Assembly (NCBI GenBank): GCA_035496135.1
Contig: DATJEX010000040.1
Span: 1-48,080 of the forward strand
Reading direction: 5' to 3'
From: Bacteroidia bacterium
Lineage (GTDB): Bacteria > Bacteroidota > Bacteroidia > Palsa-965
DNA length: 48,080 nucleotides
Positions within the stretch are counted from its first letter, which is position 1. Each line of letters opens with the position of its first letter. Position numbers and translations under genes: made by a program. A model generated the notes under the pieces. That model saw only the letters and a program-made list of their open reading frames with translations, was not told the DNA's origin and ran no database searches. Positions 34,892 through 42,971 of this stretch are shown piece by piece.

Positions 34892-36705
34892 GGGTGAATG
34901 ATTTTGTAGTGCGCTTTGCCAATGTGAACGGAACAGGTTCGGCAAGTGCGAATTTCCTTTTTGCAAAATCCATTTTCAGAATGGGCGTTCCCGTTTCGCC
35001 TAAGAATATTTTTCCTTCAAACATCCAGGGATTGCCAACGTGGTACGAAGTACGCGTGAGTGAAAAAGGATATCTCGGAAGAAGAGAAGGCATCGACATG
35101 ATGGTGGCGATGAATCCGCAGAGTATGAAAGCCGATGTGGCATCCGTGAAACCGGGAGGATATTTCCTTTACGATTCAACAAAGAAGCTGCATCCCGAAT
35201 TCATTCGCCAGGATATCACTTACATCGGAATTCCATTGATGGAAATTTCCAACCGTGAATTCTCCGACCCGCGTCAACGCCAGCTTTTCAAGAACATCAT
35301 TTACGTAGGAGCGCTTTCTTATTTCCTGAATATCGAATTCGCTGTTCTCGAAAAATTGCTCGCTGAACAATTCGCGGGAAAAGAAAAACTCATTGCACCG
35401 AACGTAAAAGCGCTGAATCTCGGCGTGGCTTACGCAAAAGAGAATTTCAAATTCGAAATGAATATCCGCATGGAACGCCGCGATCTCGTTGGCGATGCGA
35501 TCATGATCGACGGAAATGCCGCTTGCGGACTCGGAGCAGTTTATGCAGGAGCAACTGTTGCTGCCTGGTACCCGATCACGCCTTCCACTTCTGTAGTCGA
35601 AGCATTTCACGCTTACTGTGATGAACTCCGTGTTGACAAAGCAACCGGCAAGAAAAATTTCGCGATCGTCCAGGCTGAAGATGAACTGGCTGCCATCGGA
35701 ATGGTGATCGGTGCAAACTGGAACGGCGCACGTTCTTTCACCGCGACTTCCGGTCCGGGAGTTTCGCTGATGAATGAATTCCTCGGCCTCGCTTATTACG
35801 CTGAAGTTCCAACCGTATTGATCGACGTACAACGTACCGGCCCTTCAACAGGAATGCCGACACGCGTACAACAGAGTGATATCATGGAAGCTGCTTATGC
35901 GTCGCATGGCGACACGAAACATATCCTGCTCTTTCCTTCCACTCCGAAAGAATGTTTTGATCTCACGATAGATGCATTCGATCTCGCGGAAGAATTGCAG
36001 ACACCTGTGATCGTGATGACCGATCTTGACCTGGGAATGAATGATCACATGTCGGCTCCTTTCAAATGGGACGAGAAGCGCAAATACAAACGCGGAAAAG
36101 TCCTCACAGCAGAACAACTGGACAAACTCGAACGCTACGGCCGTTATCTCGATGTGGATAATGACGGCATCACATACAGAACCATTCCCGGAACTCATCC
36201 ATCGAAAGGCGCATTCGTGACACGCGGCACTTCGCGCGATGAATATGCCGTTTACACGGAAGAAGCTGCTCCGTATGTACGCAACATGGATCGACTGATC
36301 AAAAAATTCAACACTGCGAAAACATACGTTCCTAAACCACAGTTGTATCAGAAGAAAAATATATCTGATACAGCGATGATTTTCTTCGGAACTTCAACGC
36401 ATGCCGCGGTCGAAGCGAATGAACTGATGAAAGAGGTTGGCATCAACATCGATGCGCTTCGTCTCACTTCCTTCCCGTTCACAGCAGAAGTGGAAGAGTT
36501 CGTGAATTCACATGAGCGCATTTTCGTGATCGAACAGAATCGTGACGCGCAGATGCGCAGCCTGATGATGATCGAGATGAATGTGGATCCGAAGAAACTC
36601 ATTCCTGTTCTGAATTACGACGGAACGCCGATCACCGCTGATAACATCGCGAAACAGATCGAGCAGCACGTCAAAGTAAAATCCAAAACGAAACAAGTAA
36701 GCTGA
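34873..36705 (+). CDS. korA: 2-oxoglutarate/2-oxoacid:ferredoxin oxidoreductase alpha subunit (fused gamma-alpha)
   Basis: 610 aa. The N-terminal gamma-like domain (RFANVNGTGSASAN) is followed by a pyruvate-flavodoxin oxidoreductase core (DGNAACGLGAVYAG). The start overlaps the upstream gene by 19 nt. Confidence 0.85.
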   Translation: MSASSVRVNDFVVRFANVNGTGSASANFLFAKSIFRMGVPVSPKNIFPSNIQGLPTWYEVRVSEKGYLGRREGIDMMVAMNPQSMKADVASVKPGGYFLYDSTKKLHPEFIRQDITYIGIPLMEISNREFSDPRQRQLFKNIIYVGALSYFLNIEFAVLEKLLAEQFAGKEKLIAPNVKALNLGVAYAKENFKFEMNIRMERRDLVGDAIMIDGNAACGLGAVYAGATVAAWYPITPSTSVVEAFHAYCDELRVDKATGKKNFAIVQAEDELAAIGMVIGANWNGARSFTATSGPGVSLMNEFLGLAYYAEVPTVLIDVQRTGPSTGMPTRVQQSDIMEAAYASHGDTKHILLFPSTPKECFDLTIDAFDLAEELQTPVIVMTDLDLGMNDHMSAPFKWDEKRKYKRGKVLTAEQLDKLERYGRYLDVDNDGITYRTIPGTHPSKGAFVTRGTSRDEYAVYTEEAAPYVRNMDRLIKKFNTAKTYVPKPQLYQKKNISDTAMIFFGTSTHAAVEANELMKEVGINIDALRLTSFPFTAEVEEFVNSHERIFVIEQNRDAQMRSLMMIEMNVDPKKLIPVLNYDGTPITADNIAKQIEQHVKVKSKTKQVS

Positions 36706-36706
36706 T

Positions 36707-37672
36707 ATGTCATACATCCGTCCGAAATTCCGTCACCCTGAATTGCCGAAGAATAAACTCGGCTATACAGTGGACAAATACGAAGGTTCGCTCTCTACAC
36801 TCTGTGCAGGATGCGGACACGATTCGATCAGTGCGGCGATCGTGCAGGCTTGCTTTGAATCGAATATTGAACCACACCGTCTCGCAAAAATGTCGGGCAT
36901 CGGTTGTTCTTCCAAAACTCCTGCGTACTTCCTGAATAATTCACACGGATTCAATTCTGTTCACGGACGTATGCCTTCCGTGGCGACAGGTGCGAATCTC
37001 GCGAATCGTGATCTCATTTACTTCGGAGTTTCCGGTGACGGAGATACCGCGTCTATCGGCATGGGACAATTCGTTCACGCCGTTCGCCGTAACCTGAACA
37101 TGGTTTACATCGTGATGAACAACGGTTGCTACGGTTTGACCAAAGGGCAGGATTCTGCAACAGCCGATGCAGGTTCTAAAAGCAAAGCCGGATCTGTCAA
37201 TGAATTCCAGCCGATCGATCTCGCAAGTCTTGCACTTGAACTTGGTGCTTCGTTTGTCGGCCAGAGTTTTTCCGGCGACAAAACACAACTCGTTCCGCTC
37301 ATCAAAGCAGCGATCAAGCATAATGGATTTGCGTTCCTGAATGTGATCTCTCCGTGCGTAACGTTCAACAACAACGTTGGTTCAACAAAGTCATACGATT
37401 ACGTTCGCGAACACATCGAAGCGACAGGCACAGTAGATTTTGTTCCGGATGCAAAGACGATCACCGCGAAATACGATGAAGGAACAGTTGCGAATGTCAC
37501 CATGCACGACGGTACGATCCTCCAGCTGCACAAACTTGCAAAAGGTTGGGATCCATTCGATCGTCTTTCGGCGATCAACGCTGTACAGACCGCACGTTCG
37601 AAGGGAGAAATTCTTACCGGCCTTCTTTATGTGAATGAAGAATCAACGGAGTTGCATCAGCTGCTCGGTTAA
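36707..37672 (+). CDS. korB: 2-oxoglutarate/2-oxoacid:ferredoxin oxidoreductase beta subunit (TPP-binding); possibly truncated by a TAA at 37670-37672
   Basis: CAGCGHDSI and the TPP motif GVSGDGDTASIG. It begins 1 nt after the korA stop. Confidence 0.85.
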   Translation: MSYIRPKFRHPELPKNKLGYTVDKYEGSLSTLCAGCGHDSISAAIVQACFESNIEPHRLAKMSGIGCSSKTPAYFLNNSHGFNSVHGRMPSVATGANLANRDLIYFGVSGDGDTASIGMGQFVHAVRRNLNMVYIVMNNGCYGLTKGQDSATADAGSKSKAGSVNEFQPIDLASLALELGASFVGQSFSGDKTQLVPLIKAAIKHNGFAFLNVISPCVTFNNNVGSTKSYDYVREHIEATGTVDFVPDAKTITAKYDEGTVANVTMHDGTILQLHKLAKGWDPFDRLSAINAVQTARSKGEILTGLLYVNEESTELHQLLG

Positions 37673-37824
37673 AGCGAGAAACCTTTGAATTCACTTCAGC
37701 AGGAAATTCTGTGCCCCGGCTCCGCTGCACTCGCGGAGATCAACGCTTCACAGGCTTAATTGATAATTATCATTCCGGTCCCGCTCTCCGCATCCTAACT
37801 TAGCGGGCAGCGGGATCTTCATTT

Positions 37825-39180
37825 ATGGAACACAAAAAAAGAATTCTGATCGTCGGTGGTGGATTATCGGGCACACTCGTGTCGCTCGCACTCGCACGCC
37901 TGAACAAAACGACTGAATTCCTCCTCGTGGAAAAGAACCCGGGCATGATCGGAAGAGGGATCGCCTACAATCACGATTTCACACATCAGCCCCTCAACGT
38001 CATGGCAACGGGAATGAGTTTATTCTCCGATGAACCGAATCATTTTCTCGATTGGCTGACCGAAAATAAATTCCGCTATCGTCATCTTCTACCCGATGTG
38101 AATCCGAAAGTATTCGCGCCAAGAAAAGTTTTCGGCGATTATATTGTTGAACATCTCGACCGCATTCATCATATCGCGCCGGGCAGATTCCAGATCCGGA
38201 TTGATGAAGTGGTTTCACTCCGCAGAAAAGAAAATAAATTCCGCGCGAAAATGGAATCCGGAACGGAGATCGAAGCGGATCATGTGGTGCTCGCACTCGG
38301 GAATTTTCCGCCCGGCGATCTTTTCCCGGAGAATGATCCTGTGAATTCCGATCCGAGATATTTTTCCAATCCGTGGACCGATCGTATTTACAGTAATCTT
38401 GGTGGAGAAGAACATATTCTGCTCGTTGGAACCGGTTTGACTGCTGTTGATGTGGTACTCGGATTGAAGACCCGCGGATTCAAAGGGAAAGTTTCCATGA
38501 TATCGCGGCGCGGAAGATTACCATTGCCGCATGATGTGAATACGATTCCGGTGAAACTCGAATATCCGGGCCATCTTCATCCGCGTGAAGCATGGCAATG
38601 GCTGAAGAATAAAATTGAAAGTGATAAGAATAATTCCTGGGTCGCTTATCTCGACGGATTGCGGCCGCTCACACAGGAATTCTGGAAATCGTGGAGCATA
38701 GAAGAGCGGAAATATTTCATGAAGCGCCTTCGCCCGTTCTGGGAAGTGTTCCGTCACCGTATTCCGCTTGCATCACATACGTTGTTAAGCGAAATGGAAA
38801 AATCGGGACAACTGCTCATTGCCAAAGCAAATATTTCCGAAGCGAAATTATCTGCGGCAGGAATTGAAGTGGTGTTCGATAAGAAAAGCGGATTGAAGAA
38901 TGATGTCTTCAGCAAAATCATCAATTGCACAGGCCCTGAATCCAATTACCGCAAAGTGAAATTTCCGATCATCGTCAATCTCATGAACCAGGGACTGGTG
39001 ACAGCGGATGAACTCGGTTTGGGAATAAAATGTACGGCCGACGGAAAGATCATTGACAAAAACAATTCTACTGTAGAAGGATTGTGGTGCATCGGACCAA
39101 TGCGGAAATCTGCATTGTGGGAAACGACAGCGATCCGTGAGTTGAGAGAACAGGCGGAGGAATTTGCGAAACGGTTCTGA
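37825..39180 (+). CDS. FAD/NAD(P)-binding oxidoreductase of unknown specificity
   Basis: Rossmann motifs ILIVGGGLSGT and ILLVGTGLTAVD. Length is 451 aa. Confidence 0.65.
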   Translation: MEHKKRILIVGGGLSGTLVSLALARLNKTTEFLLVEKNPGMIGRGIAYNHDFTHQPLNVMATGMSLFSDEPNHFLDWLTENKFRYRHLLPDVNPKVFAPRKVFGDYIVEHLDRIHHIAPGRFQIRIDEVVSLRRKENKFRAKMESGTEIEADHVVLALGNFPPGDLFPENDPVNSDPRYFSNPWTDRIYSNLGGEEHILLVGTGLTAVDVVLGLKTRGFKGKVSMISRRGRLPLPHDVNTIPVKLEYPGHLHPREAWQWLKNKIESDKNNSWVAYLDGLRPLTQEFWKSWSIEERKYFMKRLRPFWEVFRHRIPLASHTLLSEMEKSGQLLIAKANISEAKLSAAGIEVVFDKKSGLKNDVFSKIINCTGPESNYRKVKFPIIVNLMNQGLVTADELGLGIKCTADGKIIDKNNSTVEGLWCIGPMRKSALWETTAIRELREQAEEFAKRF

Positions 39181-39195
39181 GAACCCGATGTTTTA

Positions 39196-39456
39196 TTATT
39201 CTGAATCCGGATTTATTCCTTCTTCTTTCAGGACAGATTCCCTTCCGGTCGTATTTCTTTTTCCATCGCCCGGCAATGCACAACCATTCACTCCACAACA
39301 ACCGGTATTGGTAAGCGCCTGCAGCAAAAAGAAAGCCGCCACAAATCCCGACAGCATATCATGCGTCTGAATGGTTTGGATCGTGAGCAGAAGCCCGAAA
39401 CCCAAACGGATCCAGCGCATGAAATGCCAACCGGTAAAAAGCCGCTGCCTGATCAT
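39196..39456 (-). CDS. YgaP-like / DUF2892 small membrane protein
   Basis: 86 aa with two hydrophobic helices followed by a Cys-rich tail (GCCGVNGC). It is co-oriented with the rhodanese genes and overlaps one of them. The family call is from memory. Confidence 0.5.
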   Translation of the reverse strand: MIRQRLFTGWHFMRWIRLGFGLLLTIQTIQTHDMLSGFVAAFFLLQALTNTGCCGVNGCALPGDGKRNTTGRESVLKEEGINPDSE

Positions 39457-39770
39457 CGTATCTTATTCTGTAAACTCATCCAGCCGCCACCGTTGTGAAC
39501 CTGCGTGTAGCCGCTCGACTTCAGGATACTTTTTGCCGAAGCACTCCGCATTCCCGATGCACAACACGTAATGATCGGTTTGTTCTTGTCCTTCAATTTA
39601 CCGAGATTTTCACCCAGCGCATTGACGGGAATATTGATGGAGCCTTTAATGTGTCCGCTGGCAAATTCTCCTTTGCTGCGTACATCCAGGATGATCGCTC
39701 CCTGTTTTACAAGTTCAGCGTAATTTACTTTCGGGCCTAATCCGAATAATTCTTTTAGTGCATTTATCAT
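39453..39770 (-). CDS. Single-domain rhodanese (sulfurtransferase)
   Basis: Active-site loop CCASGMRS and DVRSKGEFASGHI. Confidence 0.85.
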   Translation of the reverse strand: MINALKELFGLGPKVNYAELVKQGAIILDVRSKGEFASGHIKGSINIPVNALGENLGKLKDKNKPIITCCASGMRSASAKSILKSSGYTQVHNGGGWMSLQNKIR

Positions 39771-39780
39771 TTTTCTGTTT

Positions 39781-40056
39781 TTAAGATTGATAATTATTAA
39801 CGTCGAGCCAGGATCCGCCGTTGTAGCATTCCACTCCGTGCTGGCTAAGATAACGATGTGCCTGTCCGCTTCGGTTTCCCGATGCGCAACACAGCACGAG
39901 CGGTGATCCCAGGTTCTTCAGTTCTTCCATCCGCTGCGGAATTTCATTGAGCGGAATATTCACAGATCCTGCGACATTTCCCCCGCTGAATTCTTCGCGT
40001 GTACGCACATCCACGATGGTGGCGTTCTTTTCTTTGATTATTTTTTCGATGTTCAT
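39781..40056 (-). CDS. Single-domain rhodanese (sulfurtransferase)
   Basis: ATG at 40056 (MNIEKIIKEKNATIVDVRTREEF). Active-site loop CCASGNRS. Confidence 0.8.
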   Translation of the reverse strand: MNIEKIIKEKNATIVDVRTREEFSGGNVAGSVNIPLNEIPQRMEELKNLGSPLVLCCASGNRSGQAHRYLSQHGVECYNGGSWLDVNNYQS

Positions 40057-40058
40057 GA

Positions 40059-40262
40059 CTATTCTGTTTTTGTTTTTTCTTTTCTGAATAAATTGAATAT
40101 TAACCCGCCCATCACCATTCCATACAACGTGCTGTTCAGCGGTTTTGATGTGATCGGGCAGGTACCGCTCGCACAACCCACAAAATGATAGTAGAAATAT
40201 CCGCCGATCGCGCCCAGGATCATTCCTGCCAGTATTAATTTATGACGTATGATAAAATTCAT
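40059..40262 (-). CDS. Small membrane protein with a CxxGxC motif
   Basis: 67 aa with two hydrophobic helices flanking GCASGTC. It overlaps the upstream stop by 4 nt. Confidence 0.5.
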   Translation of the reverse strand: MNFIIRHKLILAGMILGAIGGYFYYHFVGCASGTCPITSKPLNSTLYGMVMGGLIFNLFRKEKTKTE

Positions 40263-41614
40263 TGCTGGAATTTTTTTATTTCCGTGCTCAAGTCATACAC
40301 CACTGAATTCCCATTCAGTTTCGATTTGATGATGCTGCTTCCTGCTGCGCTGCGGTAACCGCCTGCACAATGCACCACGATCGGTTTGTGAACCGGTATC
40401 TCGCCGGTACGTTCCCTTAGTTCATGCAGGGGAATATGAATTGCATTCCTGAATATTTTCTTTGTTTTCACTTCGGAATGATTCCGGATGTCGAGAATGG
40501 TAAAAGCTTCTTCATTTTCCGACAACTGTGCGCTGTCAAATAATTTCGTTTCCGAATTTCCGTAGTCAGAGCTGAAAGCAGATACGATCTGTTCCTCGTA
40601 ACCGATCTTCGCTATCCGCCTGATCAGTTGCTGCAATTCCTCTTCCTGCGCTGCAACGAGGTAAAATTTTTCACCCGGGTCGACAATGCTGCCCATCCAT
40701 GTTTCAAATTTCACATCATTCATCAGGTTGATGGCATTTTTCAAATGCGCTTTTTTGAATTGTTCCTGCGGACGTGTATCGATCACTGTGATGCCGGGAT
40801 CAAGTGAATTGGCGCAACCCTGGCAGGAGATCGGTTCTCTCCTGTTCACTTGTTCAATGCTCATCGCAAATCCTGCGGCACCTTTTTTATTGATCGCCAC
40901 ATCGAACGGAAAATATTTCGGAATGAAGGGCTGATCGGCGAGTAATTCTTTTACGAAATCTGTTTCGCTCATGCGCTGCAAACTCCAGTTACTGACTTTT
41001 TCCGCGCCGATCGTGCTGCTGTTCTGTTCACTCATTCCTTTTCCGCACAAACTGCCTGCACCGTGCGCCGGAAATACGGCTACATCATCCGGCAGAACCA
41101 TCAGTTTTTCCCGAAGGGAATGATACATCTGTTTCGCCAGTTCTGTTCTTGTTGCCATGATCGCTCCTGCTGCTTCTCTCAGGTCAGGCCTTCCGCAATC
41201 GCCGATGAATAACGTATCACCGGTGAAAACAGCTTTGGATTTACCGTTCTCATCAATGGCGACAATACTGATACTGTCGGGAGAATGTCCCGGCGTATTC
41301 AGTGATTTCAATGTGATTCCACCAAGTACGATCGCGTCGCCGTCATCAAATGACTCGTGCGGATATTCTGCACCCAGTAATCTGCTCACGTAAATGGTCG
41401 CTCCGGTGGTTTGATATATTTCAAGATGGCTGCTTACAAAATCGGCATGCGGATGCGTTTCGATCACCGCTGTGATCTTTGCGTTATGTTCCTTTGCATA
41501 CTTGTAATAAGGTTCCGGATCTCTTGCCGGATCTATCAGCGCAATTTCTCCTTTGCTCATGATCGCGTAGGAATAGTGCGCAAGGTTTTTATCTTCGAAT
41601 TGCTGGATCTTCAT
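40259..41614 (-). CDS. MBL-fold persulfide-dioxygenase-like hydrolase fused to rhodanese domains
   Basis: Metal motif THPHADF, downstream TPGHSP and FPAHGAGS, and a C-terminal rhodanese with active-site loop HCAGGYRS. Start chosen at MKIQQF (41614); ATG 41635 or 41713 are alternatives. Confidence 0.8.
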   Translation of the reverse strand: MKIQQFEDKNLAHYSYAIMSKGEIALIDPARDPEPYYKYAKEHNAKITAVIETHPHADFVSSHLEIYQTTGATIYVSRLLGAEYPHESFDDGDAIVLGGITLKSLNTPGHSPDSISIVAIDENGKSKAVFTGDTLFIGDCGRPDLREAAGAIMATRTELAKQMYHSLREKLMVLPDDVAVFPAHGAGSLCGKGMSEQNSSTIGAEKVSNWSLQRMSETDFVKELLADQPFIPKYFPFDVAINKKGAAGFAMSIEQVNRREPISCQGCANSLDPGITVIDTRPQEQFKKAHLKNAINLMNDVKFETWMGSIVDPGEKFYLVAAQEEELQQLIRRIAKIGYEEQIVSAFSSDYGNSETKLFDSAQLSENEEAFTILDIRNHSEVKTKKIFRNAIHIPLHELRERTGEIPVHKPIVVHCAGGYRSAAGSSIIKSKLNGNSVVYDLSTEIKKFQQ

Positions 41615-41699
41615 TTTTCCGGGTTTTAAATTCATAGTATAAAGGTCGGCGTTGATCATTCCGTGCACAGCTACTTTTGTTACACAGCAGCTTTTATTC

Positions 41700-42074
41700 T
41701 CAGTGTTTATCAACGAAGAGCATTTTCACCGCGATCAACATCAACATGATGGCGAAAGTGTTTTTCAATACCTGGCGTGGGATCTGCGTGGCGAACTTTG
41801 CGCCGAAATATCCGCCGACAAAAAAGAAAACAGCCATGAGGAGTGCGGCCTTCATGTCCACGAATCCTTTCTGGTAATAATGGAAAGCGGCCATTGCTCC
41901 AACCGGTAGTACCATCATCATCAATGCGGTTCCCTGTGCCATTTGCTGCGAATATCCCAGCAACATCACCAGCGCAGGAATGATGACGATCGCGCCGCCC
42001 AGGCCCAGCATTCCGCTGAGGATTCCGGCAATTGTTCCGATAAGTGCAACTATGATTGAGCTGTTCATGTCCAT
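41700..42074 (-). CDS. TauE/SafE (TSUP) family half-size membrane protein
   Basis: 124 aa with four hydrophobic helices. The Gly-rich motif GMLGLGGAIVIIPAL is typical of DUF81. Confidence 0.7.
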   Translation of the reverse strand: MDMNSSIIVALIGTIAGILSGMLGLGGAIVIIPALVMLLGYSQQMAQGTALMMMVLPVGAMAAFHYYQKGFVDMKAALLMAVFFFVGGYFGAKFATQIPRQVLKNTFAIMLMLIAVKMLFVDKH

Positions 42075-42135
42075 TTTGCTTCAGGTTTACTTCTGCAAAG
42101 GTTGGACAATAAAAAGTGCTGGTCAGTTACTTTTG

Positions 42136-42756
42136 TTACAGAAGCCTGATCTTGTTGCGGCCCAGCTCCACGAGTTTTTCCTCCTCCATCTGTTTGAGCA
42201 GCCTTGAAATGACCACGCGAGCGGTTCCCAGTTCATTGGCCAGTTGCTCGTGTGTGACATAAAGCGTATGGCTGCCGGTGAGCTCACATTTTTTCCGGAT
42301 ATAATTCAACAGCCGCTCGTCCATTTTCTTGAACGCAACCGCATTCACCACTTCCAGCAGTTCCTCGAAACGTTTGTGATAAAGCCGGAAAATATAATCG
42401 AGCCATTCGGGATATTCCTTTATGAGCAGGCTCACTTTGTCAATGGGAATAAAAAGAATTTCTGTTTCTTCTTCTGCGATCGCTTTTACTTTGCTGGTGT
42501 CGTGATGCATTCCGCCGAGAAAAGACATGATACAGCTTTCACCTGCTTTGATGTAATAAAGCAGAATTTCCCGCCCGTCTTCGTCCGTGCGCATCACGCG
42601 GATACTTCCTTTCGTCACAATGGGAATATCGCGGATGTAAGCATTCTCATTCAGAATTACATCTCCTTCTTTGAACGTACGCGCGACGCCATAAGCAGAA
42701 AGTTTTTGCCTGATCTCCGGTGATGATTTGAATTCGGCGAGATTATCCAGTTCCAT
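42136..42756 (-). CDS. Crp/Fnr family transcriptional regulator
   Basis: cNMP-binding-like N-domain and a C-terminal HTH (THEQLANELGTARVVISRLL). The ATG at 42756 is preferred over the TTG at 42762. Confidence 0.85.
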   Translation of the reverse strand: MELDNLAEFKSSPEIRQKLSAYGVARTFKEGDVILNENAYIRDIPIVTKGSIRVMRTDEDGREILLYYIKAGESCIMSFLGGMHHDTSKVKAIAEEETEILFIPIDKVSLLIKEYPEWLDYIFRLYHKRFEELLEVVNAVAFKKMDERLLNYIRKKCELTGSHTLYVTHEQLANELGTARVVISRLLKQMEEEKLVELGRNKIRLL

Positions 42757-42759
42757 ATA

Positions 42760-42767
42760 CAAAGCTA
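42760..42767 (-). promoter_or_regulatory. Bacteroidota -7 promoter box TAGCTTTG (minus strand)
   Basis: The reverse complement of caaagcta matches TAnnTTTG, 3 nt upstream of the crp-like ATG. Confidence 0.4.
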
Positions 42768-42818
42768 CGATTCGACCACTGCTAAAATCCGTTCATTGAC
42801 GAAAATCAGAAAATATGA

Positions 42819-42918
42819 ATTGTGGCGTGCCGGACCAATACGGAAATCGGCATTGTGGGAAACAGCGGCGGTACGCGAACTGAGAGAGCAGGCGGAGGTA
42901 TTTGCCAGGCGGTTCGGA
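42819..42918 (+). pseudogene. Relic copy of the last 33 codons of the FAD oxidoreductase gene (homologous to 39081-39180)
   Basis: Gap-free 100-nt alignment at about 80 percent identity. Translation WRAGPIRKSALWETAAVRELREQAEVFARRFG versus WCIGPMRKSALWETTAIRELREQAEEFAKRF*. Many differences are synonymous. Confidence 0.8.
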
Positions 42919-42948
42919 GTGTTTGGTACAAATATGGCATATATATGC

Positions 42949-42956
42949 TATTTTTG
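42949..42956 (+). promoter_or_regulatory. Bacteroidota -7 promoter box TATTTTTG, with a possible -33 TTTG at 42922-42925
   Basis: Exact TAnnTTTG match, 15 nt upstream of the ATG at 42972. Confidence 0.45.
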
Positions 42957-42971
42957 TACTACCTTTATGCC

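Noticed and set aside
42822-42971. The N-terminal extension of the DUF4143 ATPase ORF, as given in the ORF track (MACRTNTEIG...).
   Set aside because: This stretch is the oxidoreductase 3' relic read in a different frame. A -33/-7 promoter lies within it at 42922-42956. Homologous ATPases start close to the Walker A motif, which fits the ATG at 42972.
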